From contig CDROCS010001674.1 of the NCBI GenBank assembly GCA_977020255.1, forward strand, positions 62,001 to 126,000: a stretch of DNA of 64,000 nucleotides. Direction: 5' to 3'. Below, one piece after another: positions 41,927 through 51,593 of the stretch (positions are counted from its first letter, which is position 1; every line of letters begins with the position of its first letter). This stretch comes from Obrimoposthia wandeli (Eukaryota). A program made the translations under genes and the position numbers. Under the pieces are notes generated by a model. The model worked only from the letters and a program-made list of their open reading frames with translations. It made no database searches and had not been told where the DNA came from.

Positions 41927-42781
41927 TTATGAAAGCATGACTAACAAGGTTAGGTAGCCCATAAGTTCTGCTATTTGTTGTGTTGCCCCCAAGCAATCGC
42001 CAGTATAGCCCCCCAATTGTTGTTGGAACCATTTACCACAGAGCCAACGAACAACAAGTAAAACTAACGTTAAGGTGATAGCCATCTCTAAAGGCAAGAG
42101 TAGTAATATAATCAATCCTGTGGCAATTAAAACCCACAAATCGTGTTGACTTTGCTGATTAGCTAATGGTTTTACTTTGCTATCTTGATCTGCCCTAACA
42201 TATGGATAAGAAAATATTAGGCTTGCAGCACAAATTCGACTTAACGTGTGCATCACGATTAATAGACCAGCAGGTAGCAATAGGTCAATTTTTGCTAATG
42301 CAATTAACACTGCCCATTTGCACCCGAGCATCATAACCAAAGCAGACGCCCCATACGTACCAAGGCGTGAATCTTTCATTATGTTTAGCTTCTGTTCGAC
42401 AGACCAACCACCGCCGAAGCCATCAAAAACATCTGCTAAGCCGTCTTCATGAAAGGCTCCCGTTAACAATAATCCGCAAATAATCGCAGCTGCAACAGCG
42501 AGTTCTATAGGAAATACCTGAACGAAAATCCAATACATTATCGCCGTTAATAAACCGATAATAGTGCCCACAGCCCCAAAATAACGGTTTGCCTGATTAA
42601 GTCTTTCTGATGAGTAAGGGGTACTGTCAGGAATAGGAATACGCGTAAAAAAAGCCAGAGCAACCAAAAATATTTGCCACTGACGTTTGAAACCCTTAGC
42701 GTCTAGGTTTTTAATTGTGTCTGTGTCTGTGTCTGTGTCTGTGTCTGTGGTGATAGGTTGGCTATCTGCTTGGTGCTTCAC
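41927..42781 (-). CDS. cobS: Adenosylcobinamide-GDP ribazoletransferase CobS
   Basis: FFTRIP, TGAFHEDGLADVFDG, IMKDSRLGTYG, GGYTGDCLGA; GTG start overlaps the cobT stop. Confidence 0.93.
   Translation of the reverse strand: MKHQADSQPITTDTDTDTDTDTIKNLDAKGFKRQWQIFLVALAFFTRIPIPDSTPYSSERLNQANRYFGAVGTIIGLLTAIMYWIFVQVFPIELAVAAAIICGLLLTGAFHEDGLADVFDGFGGGWSVEQKLNIMKDSRLGTYGASALVMMLGCKWAVLIALAKIDLLLPAGLLIVMHTLSRICAASLIFSYPYVRADQDSKVKPLANQQSQHDLWVLIATGLIILLLLPLEMAITLTLVLLVVRWLCGKWFQQQLGGYTGDCLGATQQIAELMGYLTLLVMLS
42716..42749. repeat. 6-bp tandem repeat (TGTGTC) x5 plus partial, in the cobS 5' region
   Basis: Read directly; encodes TDTDTDTDTDT on the minus strand. Confidence 0.95.
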
Positions 42782-43806
42782 ACCGTTACTCCAGCATCTT
42801 CAAAACTTGCCATTTCGTTATAGAAACAACAGGCAGAGCGTAGCAGTGGTAGTGCTAAAGCGGCCCCCGTTCCCTCACCTAAGCGTAAACCTAAACTAAG
42901 CAGTGGTGTTGCATTCAAATGTTGGAGCATACGCTGGTGGCCTGATTCTTCAGAGCAATGGCAATAAATAAAGTAGTGATTGGCTTCGGGGTACATTGAA
43001 ACGGCTAGCATGGCGGCAGCTGTAGAAATAAAGCCATCAACCAATACCGTCATCTTATTTTCAGCAGCTTTTAGCATACCCCCAACGATTTGAGCAATTT
43101 CAAAACCACCGACAGTGGCTAGAATGGATAAAGGATTAGATAATTGCTCTGCATGCAGATCTAAGGCTTGGGTTATAAGGTCGATCTTACGTTGTAGTTG
43201 CTGATCATCGATACCTGTTCCACGACCTACACATTCATCAGCCGGTATATTCAATAATGCAGCCATTATGGCAGCAGCACTGCTGGTATTACCAATGCCC
43301 ATTTCACCAAAGCCCACAAGATTACAAGATTGCTGACTTAACTCTTCTACAACATTTGCACCGTATTGTAAGGCTTGTAAAACGGTGTTATCTGTCATTG
43401 CTGCGTATTGGCTAAAATCTTCAGTGCCATGACCAAGACGTTGCTTAATTAAGTTCGGGTGATCTTCTGGTTCTACTTTAATACCGGCATCAATCACTTT
43501 TAATGCCATGTCGCTTGTTCGGCAAAAACAATTAATCGCCGCGCCACCCGCGAGAAAATTTGCCACCATTTGTGCTGTAACTTCACTAGGCGCAATACTT
43601 AGACCATGTTGAGCTATACCGTGGTCTCCAGCAAAAACAAGTAGATGCGGATGTTTTATTTCAATTTTTTCAGCTTGTTGGATTAGAGCCAGTTGCAATG
43701 CGACAGCTTCTAATTGACCCAATGCACCTAACGGTTTTGTCTTGTTATTTATTTTGTGTTGAATACGATCAGATGGCTGAGTGTTAGGCTGAGTGATGGT
43801 AAACAT
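42778..43806 (-). CDS. cobT: Nicotinate-nucleotide-dimethylbenzimidazole phosphoribosyltransferase CobT
   Basis: KTKPLGALGQLE, FAGDHG, GEMGIGNTS, GGFEI, LRLGEGTGA. Confidence 0.96.
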   Translation of the reverse strand: MFTITQPNTQPSDRIQHKINNKTKPLGALGQLEAVALQLALIQQAEKIEIKHPHLLVFAGDHGIAQHGLSIAPSEVTAQMVANFLAGGAAINCFCRTSDMALKVIDAGIKVEPEDHPNLIKQRLGHGTEDFSQYAAMTDNTVLQALQYGANVVEELSQQSCNLVGFGEMGIGNTSSAAAIMAALLNIPADECVGRGTGIDDQQLQRKIDLITQALDLHAEQLSNPLSILATVGGFEIAQIVGGMLKAAENKMTVLVDGFISTAAAMLAVSMYPEANHYFIYCHCSEESGHQRMLQHLNATPLLSLGLRLGEGTGAALALPLLRSACCFYNEMASFEDAGVTV

Positions 43807-44045
43807 ACGTACATATTTCCTTGTTCTGGCAGATAAGGCTGTAGTGTTCCGTTCATGACGGCATGCCGTTTAACGCAACGAAACAAACTGAAATTTTGCG
43901 GCAGCAAAGCTGGCAAAGCAATGGGGAAATAGCAAATATGACGATTATATTTTTAACATTATTGCGCAGCAGTACTAAAGTGCTTGATGTTATTAACCGT
44001 ATGGTGTTCTAATTGAGAGGTATTTAACCTACTGAATAGAGATGT

Positions 44046-44744
44046 ATGAATATTAAAGTCTTGTTTATTATAAGCTTATCACTTGTTCTTCTCGGTTGTT
44101 CAAGTCGTCTACCAACAGACGATGAACGACAAACTCAGTTTATTCAAAATAATGATAAATTGGTTGAAGTTGAATATATAGAAGATGCGACAGGCCTACA
44201 GTGGGTATCTCCGACAGTGGAGGCTTCTAAATATAATAAAATACTGATTAATGACGTTGGTATTCACCAAAATGCGAAAGCGGTGCGCCAAATCCCAGAG
44301 ATCGTGCTAGATAAAGTATCTGAACGATTAACTACGATCGTAAAGAAAGAACTCGCGCGTGGTGCCGAGGTTGTTAATAAAGTCGGCGAGAATACAGCGA
44401 CGTTGAATATCATGATCAGCCGTGCCAGTACTGATTTTGAAGATCTTCAAATTACAGAAGTACTTCCTTATGGTGCATTAATTGGAAGCGCTAAAGCTTT
44501 GCTTGGTACCCGCGATCGGAATGTTCGTATTCTTGTAGAATCGCAGCTTGTTGATAGTCAGACTGAAGAAGTATTAGCTGAGCGCGTCGGTGTCATTTTA
44601 GCGAAAGGCATTCTAGAAAATGATGACGTTGAGCTTGAATATGAACAGATAAAAGAAACCGTCGAGCTATTTACTCAAGATATTGTCCACTTTATTCGTG
44701 TAACCGCTTATCAAGCCACTCTCAATGAAAAAGAACAAAGTTAG
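44046..44744 (+). CDS. Lipoprotein, probably DUF3313/YdcL-like
   Basis: Lipobox LLGC; EVLPYGALIG, VESQLVDSQTEEVLA. Confidence 0.7.
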   Translation: MNIKVLFIISLSLVLLGCSSRLPTDDERQTQFIQNNDKLVEVEYIEDATGLQWVSPTVEASKYNKILINDVGIHQNAKAVRQIPEIVLDKVSERLTTIVKKELARGAEVVNKVGENTATLNIMISRASTDFEDLQITEVLPYGALIGSAKALLGTRDRNVRILVESQLVDSQTEEVLAERVGVILAKGILENDDVELEYEQIKETVELFTQDIVHFIRVTAYQATLNEKEQS

Positions 44745-44746
44745 TA

Positions 44747-44871
44747 TATACCCAAGTCACCTCAAGATGCAGGTAATAGTAACTTAGCCGATCTTATTGC
44801 GATATGTCCGCCAAAGTATCAACCTAAAATCGCATTGTATCTGCATTATGGCACGAGCAATATTTGGGAAA
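44747..44871 (+). repeat. ERIC-like element, about 125 bp, degenerate right end
   Basis: Left end TATACCCAAGTCACCTCAAGATGCAG; an imperfect inverted counterpart CTGCAT...TTTGGG at 44841-44868. Confidence 0.5.
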
Positions 44872-44910
44872 CCCCCGATCCCTATTACGGAGGATTAAAT
44901 AGATAGATAT

Positions 44911-44968
44911 GAAAACGCCCACGATATGCTTTCACTATTACAAAGTGAAGCCGTCGTGGGCGTTTTTC
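44911..44968. terminator. Long bidirectional hairpin between the lipoprotein and SulP genes
   Basis: AAAACGCCCACGA...TCGTGGGCGTTTT outer stem with an inner TTCACT/AGTGAA stem. Confidence 0.75.
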
Positions 44969-44988
44969 TAGCGTCGTTGTCGCTGGGC

Positions 44989-46548
44989 TTAGCCGCCTAA
45001 CGTATCTGTCGCTACTTTATAGGTTGGATCTTCTAGCATATTCACTTCAACTAGACTTCCAGCTTTTTTAAGCAAGCTACGACATTCAGGGCTTAAATGA
45101 CGAATATGCAATGTTTTACCTTGGCTTGCGTAACGTTCTGCAACTGTATCAATCGCCTCGATTGCAGAGTGATCGGCAACGCGTGATTTAGCGAAATCGA
45201 TAATAACGTCATTTGGATCTGTTTTTGCGTTAAATAGGTCTTGGAAGTGAGAAACAGAACCAAAGAAAATGGGTCCATTTACTTCGTAGATCTTTGTCCC
45301 TTTTTCATCGGTATATGATGATGCGTAAACATGCTTAGCGTGATCCCATGCAAATACAAGCGCAGAGTAGATAACACCCACAATAACAGCGATAGCAAGG
45401 TCGGCAGCAACCGTTACACAGGTAACAAGAATGATGGCAAAGAAGTCATGCTTTGGCACTTTACGCGCCATTTTGAAGCTTGCCCATTCAAAGGTGCCAA
45501 CAACAACCATGAACATGACACCGACAAGTGCAGCAAGAGGAATGATTTCAATTAGCGCAGAGCCAAATAAAATAAAACAAAGTAAGCCAACAGCAGCAGT
45601 AATACCCGATAAACGACCACGACCACCAGAGTTAATGTTGATCATCGATTGACCGATCATCGCACAACCACCCATTGCACCGAACACTGAACATGTTACG
45701 TTTGCAATACCTTGACCAACACACTCACGGTTACCTTTACCGCGAGTACCTGTCATTTCATCAATTACAGTTAATGTTAGTAGTGATTCAATCAGACCAA
45801 TTGCAGCTAAGATTAACGAATACGGTAAGATAATACGTAAGGTTTCCATATTGAAACCCACATCAGGCAAAGCAAAAGTAGGTAAGCTACCTGCTAATGT
45901 TGCATTGCTGTCGCCGCTCATTGTGCGAACGAAGTCGATAACAGTACGAGAATCTAGACCAAATACATGAACTAATACAGTAACAGTGATAATAGCAACA
46001 AGAGATGATGGGACTGCAGTCGTTAGTTTTGGTAAAAAATGGATAATTGCCATTGTAAGAAGAACAAGTCCAAGCATGATATACAGCTGAGAGCCTTGCA
46101 TCCACTCAAGTGCACCTGTTGCACCTTGTACTTTAAATTGACCAAGCTGAGCTAAGAATATAACGATTGCTAAACCGTTAACAAAGCCAATCATTACAGG
46201 GTGGGGCACCATGCGAATAAATTTACCGAGTTTAAATATACCGGCAAGTATTTGGAATAGACCAGCAAGCATAACGGCAGCAAATAGGTACTGAACACCA
46301 TGTTCAGCAACAAGACTTACCATTACAACAGCCATCGCACCTGTAGCCCCAGAAATCATTCCTGGACGACCGCCTAAAATAGCAGTAATAAAGCCAACAA
46401 TGAAAGCGGCGTATAAACCAACCATCGGGTCTACACCGGCTACGAAGGCAAAAGCAACTGCTTCTGGAATAAGGGCTAACGCAACGGTTAAACCTGAAAG
46501 TACGTCATTCTTGACTGATTGATGTGAAACTTGGGGGAATTCAAACAT
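44989..46548 (-). CDS. SulP-family anion transporter with C-terminal STAS domain
   Basis: [45 protein letters not shown]; start moved to ATG 46548. Confidence 0.92.
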   Translation of the reverse strand: MFEFPQVSHQSVKNDVLSGLTVALALIPEAVAFAFVAGVDPMVGLYAAFIVGFITAILGGRPGMISGATGAMAVVMVSLVAEHGVQYLFAAVMLAGLFQILAGIFKLGKFIRMVPHPVMIGFVNGLAIVIFLAQLGQFKVQGATGALEWMQGSQLYIMLGLVLLTMAIIHFLPKLTTAVPSSLVAIITVTVLVHVFGLDSRTVIDFVRTMSGDSNATLAGSLPTFALPDVGFNMETLRIILPYSLILAAIGLIESLLTLTVIDEMTGTRGKGNRECVGQGIANVTCSVFGAMGGCAMIGQSMININSGGRGRLSGITAAVGLLCFILFGSALIEIIPLAALVGVMFMVVVGTFEWASFKMARKVPKHDFFAIILVTCVTVAADLAIAVIVGVIYSALVFAWDHAKHVYASSYTDEKGTKIYEVNGPIFFGSVSHFQDLFNAKTDPNDVIIDFAKSRVADHSAIEAIDTVAERYASQGKTLHIRHLSPECRSLLKKAGSLVEVNMLEDPTYKVATDTLGG

Positions 46549-46736
46549 TTTATAAATTGGCTTCAGTTTGGTGGTTAAAAGGGGGCGTGAATGGACACGG
46601 ATGCTACAGTTGTATGTGACATACTTCAACTTTGTAGCTAACGATAGCGGGTCATTCAGTTAAAAGAGTAAGAAAGTGTGATCATCATAGTATTTTATAT
46701 GCTGATAGATACATTTCATTACATTTTTGTTTGGGC

Positions 46737-46771
46737 AAAAAAAAAAGCCATGCATAAAGCATGGCTTTTTT
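46737..46771 (-). terminator. Terminator of rne
   Basis: A10-GCCATGC-ATAAA-GCATGGC-T6. Confidence 0.85.
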
Positions 46772-46783
46772 ATGGGGTGCGGC

Positions 46784-49700
46784 TTAGTCGTATGACGGTT
46801 TAGTCATAGGAGCCATTGCCTTGCTTGTTGCCGTTTGGCTACCTGCTTGACGAGATTGCACTTTTGCATCGCGTAAAGGGGCGATAGCAACAGTAATCTC
46901 TTCTACTTCAGGCTCAGCGATTGCTGGTGCCTTTGTCATCGGAGACACTGTATGGCGACCGCGAGGTGATGTTGCTGTAGTAGCGACATCATTGCCTTGT
47001 ACGGCTGCTGCAACTACTGGCGTTGGTATTTCAACTTCAGCAACTGTCTCTTCAGCTACAGTTTCAACAATCACTTCAACGTTAACGACTGGCTTTTCAA
47101 CAGCAGCGGTTTCAGTAACTGCCGGTGCAGCGATAACAGGCTTAATAATGATTGGCTCATTAATAGTTGTCGGCTCTACCGTTTCTGTTAACGGTTGAGC
47201 TTCTACTGACTCAGTTTCTACTGATGTTGTTGTTGATGTTTCGGCTGTTGAGCGAATTGGCGATACTTTGCCCATTGCAAGCTCTGGCATTGCTACACCA
47301 CTTAACACTTCAGCTTCAGCAGGAACAACACTTTCCACAATAGCTTCAGGCTGTGCAGGTACTTCTACTGATGTTTCAGTAATAGTCCCAACAGATGGCT
47401 TGCTTGCGCGTGCCCATACTTTACCCATTGCCATTTCAGGCGATGCAACGCCAGTAACTGGGCGTATTGCTTTTGGCTTCTCGACAATAGAAATAACATT
47501 TTCCATATCGTTTAGCGCATCAGTTGTTTCAACTGCAGCATAGCCTTTAGTATCTGTCGTTGGGTGAGAAACATGATCAGATTTCTCTTCACGTGTATCA
47601 CGAATACGACGACGACGTTGACCACTAGCACGAAGATGACGAGGTGAACGACGGTTACGGCGTTGACCACCATCTTGCTCTGCATTTTGCTCACTGTCTT
47701 GCTCAGAAGTATCAGTATCAGTTGCTAATGCTTCTTTTGCTACAGCAGTTCCCATTTCTTGTAGAGGAGAAGCTTGTTTTTGCTCTTCTACTACTGGTGC
47801 TGTTTCAACGGCTTCAACGGCTTCAATTGCTTGAGCTTGTACAGGTGTGTTCTTTACACCGTCAGTGATACGTATCTTTTGGCTTAGCTGACGACGCTGG
47901 CGGCGTATTTTAACTGTCGCCACTTTTTCTTGCTCAACACTTGGCTTATTCTCAACAGCTTCAACTACTGGACTTGCAACTTTAGGCTGTTGTTCATCTT
48001 GACGAAGCGGTGCTTTTTGAGCTTGAACATCATCTTTACGTGGTTGACGTTTGTCTTCGCTACGCGGAGAACGTTGCTTAGCTGGCTTGTCGTTTTGACG
48101 TTCCTGCTGAGGCTTGTCGTTTTGACGTTCCTGCTGAGGCTTCTCGTTTTGACGTTCCTGTTGAGGCTTCTCGTTGCGGCGTGGACGTTGCTGGCGTTGT
48201 TCACCGTTATTATCGCTACCCTCGATATTATCGCGGTTGCCACGATTATCACGATCAGTGTCTTGGCGATTGTTACGGCGAGAACCATCTTTGTTGCGAC
48301 GAGTGTCATTACGGCGGTTGCCTTGACGTTCACCACGACGGTTGTCATTACGTTTGTCTTGTTTTTCTTCAACTTTCTTTTCTGGCTCTTGTTCTTGTTC
48401 CGTTGAACCAGAGAACAGATTAGTCAGTGTAGAGAACAAACGGCTGAATAAGCCTGGTTTAGCTTCTACTTTGGCAACAGTTTTCGCTGGTGCTGCTGGT
48501 TTAGGTTTTACAGCAACAACAGGTGCTGGTGTTGTAGGTGAAGCAAAACCTTGTAAAACAGGTTCTTCACGTTTTTTAATTACACGTTCTTGTTGTGGAG
48601 CTTCTGCCGCTTCAGCTTCTTTAATCGCTTCAATGACTTTAGGCATTTGGTAAGAAAGTGTATCTTTTTGATCGCCTTCACGGATACGTAACACTTCAAA
48701 GTGTGGCGTTTCTATTTCTGCATTAGGAACAATCACAACACGTACTGTGTGGAACTTTTCAATATGCTGAACTGAACGGCGTTTTTCATTCAATAAGTAA
48801 GAAGCGACAGCCACCGGTACAATAGCCAGTACTTGCGCACTGTTGTCTTTTAATGCTTCTTCTTCAATTAAACGAAGAATAGATAGAGATAGTGATTCGT
48901 TATCACGAACAACACCTGTACCCGTACAGCGTGGGCAAACGTGGTGACTTGCTTCTGCTAATGAAGGGCTTAGACGCTGACGCGACATCTCAAGCAAACC
49001 AAAGCGAGAGATACGACCAATTTGTACACGAGCACGATCCATACGAACCGCTTCACGAAGACGGTTTTCAACTTCACGTTGGTGACGAACTGGCGTCATA
49101 TCAATGAAGTCAATAACAACCAAGCCACCTAGATCACGTAGGCGTAGTTGGCGGGCAACCTCGTCTGCCGCTTCAAGGTTCGTTTGGAATGCTGTTTCCT
49201 CAATATCACTGCCTTTCGTTGCACGAGCGGAGTTGATATCAATAGAGGTTAGTGCTTCCGTTGGGTCGATAACAATTGAGCCACCTGAAGGCAAACGAAC
49301 TTCACGCTGGAACGCAGATTCAATTTGGCTTTCAATTTGGTAGTGACTAAATAGTGGTACTTCGCCTTCATAACGCTTAACACGAGATAAAAAATCAGGG
49401 CGAATAAGTTTAATATGATCACGTGCACGGTCGAAAATTTTCGGGCTATCGATAAGAATCTCACCGATGTCGCGGCGTAAATAATCACGAATTGCGCGAG
49501 CAATAACGTTACTTTCCTGATGGATAAGGAAAGGTGCAGGGTTTGAATCAGCGGCTTCTTTAACAGCACTCCAATGATTCAGTAGAACATTTAAATCCCA
49601 TTCGAGTTCTTCAGCAGATTTACCAACACCAGCAGTACGAACAATTAAGCCCATACCTTTTGGTAGTTCTAATGTGCTTAGTGCCGCCTTGAGTTGCGTA

Positions 49701-50143
49701 CGCTCTTCACCTTCGATACGGCGAGAAATACCGCCAGCACGAGGGTTATTAGGCATAAGAACAAGGTAGCTACCCGCTAACGAAATGAAAGTAGTAAGGG
49801 CTGCGCCTTTGTTACCACGTTCTTCTTTGTCAACTTGAACGATAACTTCCTGACCTTCTTTTAGCACTTCCTTAATATTAGGACGGCCTTGGTAGGTGTA
49901 ATTAGCAGGGAAATAATCGCGAGCAACCTCTTTAAGAGGAAGAAAGCCATGGCGCTCAGAACCGTAATCAACGAACGCAGCTTCCAGGCTTGGTTCGATA
50001 CGGGTGATGCGACCTTTATAAATATTTGCTTTTTTAGATTCGTGACCAGGGCTTTCGATGTCTAAATCGAAAAGCTTCTGCCCGTCAACTAATGCGACGC
50101 GCAACTCTTCCTTCTGAGTTGCGTTAATCAACATTCTTTTCAT
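46784..50143 (-). CDS. rne: Ribonuclease E
   Basis: [38 protein letters not shown] Zn-link, amphipathic [14 protein letters not shown], long disordered C-terminal scaffold. Confidence 0.98.
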   Translation of the reverse strand: MKRMLINATQKEELRVALVDGQKLFDLDIESPGHESKKANIYKGRITRIEPSLEAAFVDYGSERHGFLPLKEVARDYFPANYTYQGRPNIKEVLKEGQEVIVQVDKEERGNKGAALTTFISLAGSYLVLMPNNPRAGGISRRIEGEERTQLKAALSTLELPKGMGLIVRTAGVGKSAEELEWDLNVLLNHWSAVKEAADSNPAPFLIHQESNVIARAIRDYLRRDIGEILIDSPKIFDRARDHIKLIRPDFLSRVKRYEGEVPLFSHYQIESQIESAFQREVRLPSGGSIVIDPTEALTSIDINSARATKGSDIEETAFQTNLEAADEVARQLRLRDLGGLVVIDFIDMTPVRHQREVENRLREAVRMDRARVQIGRISRFGLLEMSRQRLSPSLAEASHHVCPRCTGTGVVRDNESLSLSILRLIEEEALKDNSAQVLAIVPVAVASYLLNEKRRSVQHIEKFHTVRVVIVPNAEIETPHFEVLRIREGDQKDTLSYQMPKVIEAIKEAEAAEAPQQERVIKKREEPVLQGFASPTTPAPVVAVKPKPAAPAKTVAKVEAKPGLFSRLFSTLTNLFSGSTEQEQEPEKKVEEKQDKRNDNRRGERQGNRRNDTRRNKDGSRRNNRQDTDRDNRGNRDNIEGSDNNGEQRQQRPRRNEKPQQERQNEKPQQERQNDKPQQERQNDKPAKQRSPRSEDKRQPRKDDVQAQKAPLRQDEQQPKVASPVVEAVENKPSVEQEKVATVKIRRQRRQLSQKIRITDGVKNTPVQAQAIEAVEAVETAPVVEEQKQASPLQEMGTAVAKEALATDTDTSEQDSEQNAEQDGGQRRNRRSPRHLRASGQRRRRIRDTREEKSDHVSHPTTDTKGYAAVETTDALNDMENVISIVEKPKAIRPVTGVASPEMAMGKVWARASKPSVGTITETSVEVPAQPEAIVESVVPAEAEVLSGVAMPELAMGKVSPIRSTAETSTTTSVETESVEAQPLTETVEPTTINEPIIIKPVIAAPAVTETAAVEKPVVNVEVIVETVAEETVAEVEIPTPVVAAAVQGNDVATTATSPRGRHTVSPMTKAPAIAEPEVEEITVAIAPLRDAKVQSRQAGSQTATSKAMAPMTKPSYD
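48084..48175. repeat. 27-bp tandem repeat (3 full copies plus partial) in rne
   Basis: GGCTT(G/C)TCGTTTTGACGTTCCTG(C/T)TGA units; encodes QQERQN(E/D)KP. Confidence 0.95.
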
Positions 50144-50480
50144 TATATTGTACTCATTATTGTTGTTGTTTTAGTGAGTCAATTACATATAGTTTACTGA
50201 TGGTGCCGGACTCCAAGTCTATGTACGAGTGCAGCCTCACGGCTGGAAATTCAGGAGTGCTATTTGGCAACACTTATCATCCAACTATATCGAGATGTTT
50301 AGATCTAAAATATACAGCTGGTATCACCGCTTCAACGCGGTTGTATCTATCACATCAGTAAAAAAATATAATTTGAGCACACTAATAATCACTTCTGGGA
50401 CTATAACGTCTTACGCCAGATGCTGCGCATATTGCCAAGAGTGCATAAAAAATAGCCATTAAGGTGAACCTTTATTCACC
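50144..50480 (-). promoter_or_regulatory. rne 5' UTR autoregulatory leader (rne5-type); boundaries approximate
   Basis: Minus-strand GCGCAGCATCTGGCGTAAGACGTT (50405-50428), CAGCCGTGAGGCTG (50232-50245) and ATAATGAGTA before the ATG resemble the E. coli rne leader as I recall it. Confidence 0.7.
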
Positions 50481-50564
50481 TTGTCAATAAAGTAGGCAAT
50501 TTTACCTACTCTAGTAAGCAATGATAGCAGGGTGACTTTTTTGCGGCAATCTGCTTTGCATGCG

Positions 50565-50573
50565 TGTTAGAAT
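50565..50573 (+). promoter_or_regulatory. Candidate extended -10 promoter of rluC (TGTTAGAAT)
   Basis: Ends 7 nt before ATG 50581. Confidence 0.5.
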
Positions 50574-50580
50574 CAAATCT

Positions 50581-51525
50581 ATGAAAGAAGATAAACCAAA
50601 AGTGCAATTCATCGACATTACTGATGAGATTGCTGGCCAACGGATCGATAACTTTCTCCGTGCTCGGCTTAAAAACGTTCCAAAAAGTATGATTTACCGC
50701 ATTCTGCGCAAAGGTGAGGTACGAGTAAACAAAAAACGTATAAAACCTGAATATAAGTTGCAAGACGGTGATCTTATCCGTTTACCGCCGATTTTTTTAC
50801 CTGAACAGGAAGGTCAGGCGCCAATCAGCACAAAACTGTCAAAAGTGGTTGAATTGGAATCGTGCGTAATTTACGAAGACGATCATTTACTGGTTTTGAA
50901 TAAACCATCGGGTACTGCTGTTCATGGAGGCAGTGGATTGAAGTTTGGCGTAATTGAAGCATTACGTGCACTACGTCCTGATGCTCGATATTTGGAATTG
51001 GTCCACCGTATAGACCGAGATACATCAGGTATATTGCTGGTGGCGAAAAAACGCTCCGCTTTACGTAAGTTGCAAGAACAGTTCCGTGAAAAGACAGTTC
51101 AAAAGTATTATTTTGCGCTTGTTATGGGTGAATGGAAAACAAGCTGTAAAAAAGTTACTGCGCCTTTATTGAAAAATGAAGTGAACAGTATTGTACGGGT
51201 TAACCAAAATGGTAAAGCCTCTGATACGCGGTTCAAAGTATTAGAACGTTTTGAACACGCAACGTTAGTGCAAGCTAGCCCAGTTACAGGGCGTACGCAC
51301 CAAATCCGTGTGCATTGCCAATATGAAGGACATCCTATTGCATGGGATGATCGCTATGGCGATCCTCGATTTGATGCTTACACGAAAAAAACGGGCTTAA
51401 ATCGATTATTCCTTCATGCTGCCAATATTAAATTTACTCATCCAAGTACTGATGAGCCCGTTGATATTAGTGCACCGTTAGATGCATTGTTAACCCGTTC
51501 GCTTGAGAACTTACGTAAGCTATAA
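50581..51525 (+). CDS. rluC: 23S rRNA pseudouridine synthase C
   Basis: S4 domain GQRIDNFL, VHRIDRDTSG, TGRTHQIRVH; divergent from rne. Confidence 0.96.
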   Translation: MKEDKPKVQFIDITDEIAGQRIDNFLRARLKNVPKSMIYRILRKGEVRVNKKRIKPEYKLQDGDLIRLPPIFLPEQEGQAPISTKLSKVVELESCVIYEDDHLLVLNKPSGTAVHGGSGLKFGVIEALRALRPDARYLELVHRIDRDTSGILLVAKKRSALRKLQEQFREKTVQKYYFALVMGEWKTSCKKVTAPLLKNEVNSIVRVNQNGKASDTRFKVLERFEHATLVQASPVTGRTHQIRVHCQYEGHPIAWDDRYGDPRFDAYTKKTGLNRLFLHAANIKFTHPSTDEPVDISAPLDALLTRSLENLRKL

Positions 51526-51593
51526 ATCGTGTTTACGCTGATGGCTTGTTGCTCTTATTACTTGAATTCAGCCATACTCGAGAAAGGAAAAAT

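Noticed and set aside
43807-44045. Cobalamin riboswitch upstream of cobT
   Set aside because: None of the conserved motifs (GGGAA...CCC-GCAACTGT, GCCACTG, GGGAAG, AGnCnGGAGACC) seen on the minus strand; an Rfam scan would be decisive.
46615-46630. CRP-like TGTGA-N6-TCAAC upstream of the SulP gene (and a half-site at 27691)
   Set aside because: Only one good half-site in each case; such matches are common by chance in AT-rich DNA.
35472-46700. Variable islet as a prophage, IS or integron cassette array
   Set aside because: No integrase or transposase, no flanking direct repeats, no attC-like sites; it looks like piecemeal gene accretion.
47930-48653. Several 60-160 aa ORFs overlapping the rne scaffold region
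   Set aside because: By-products of low-complexity, repeat-containing coding sequence.
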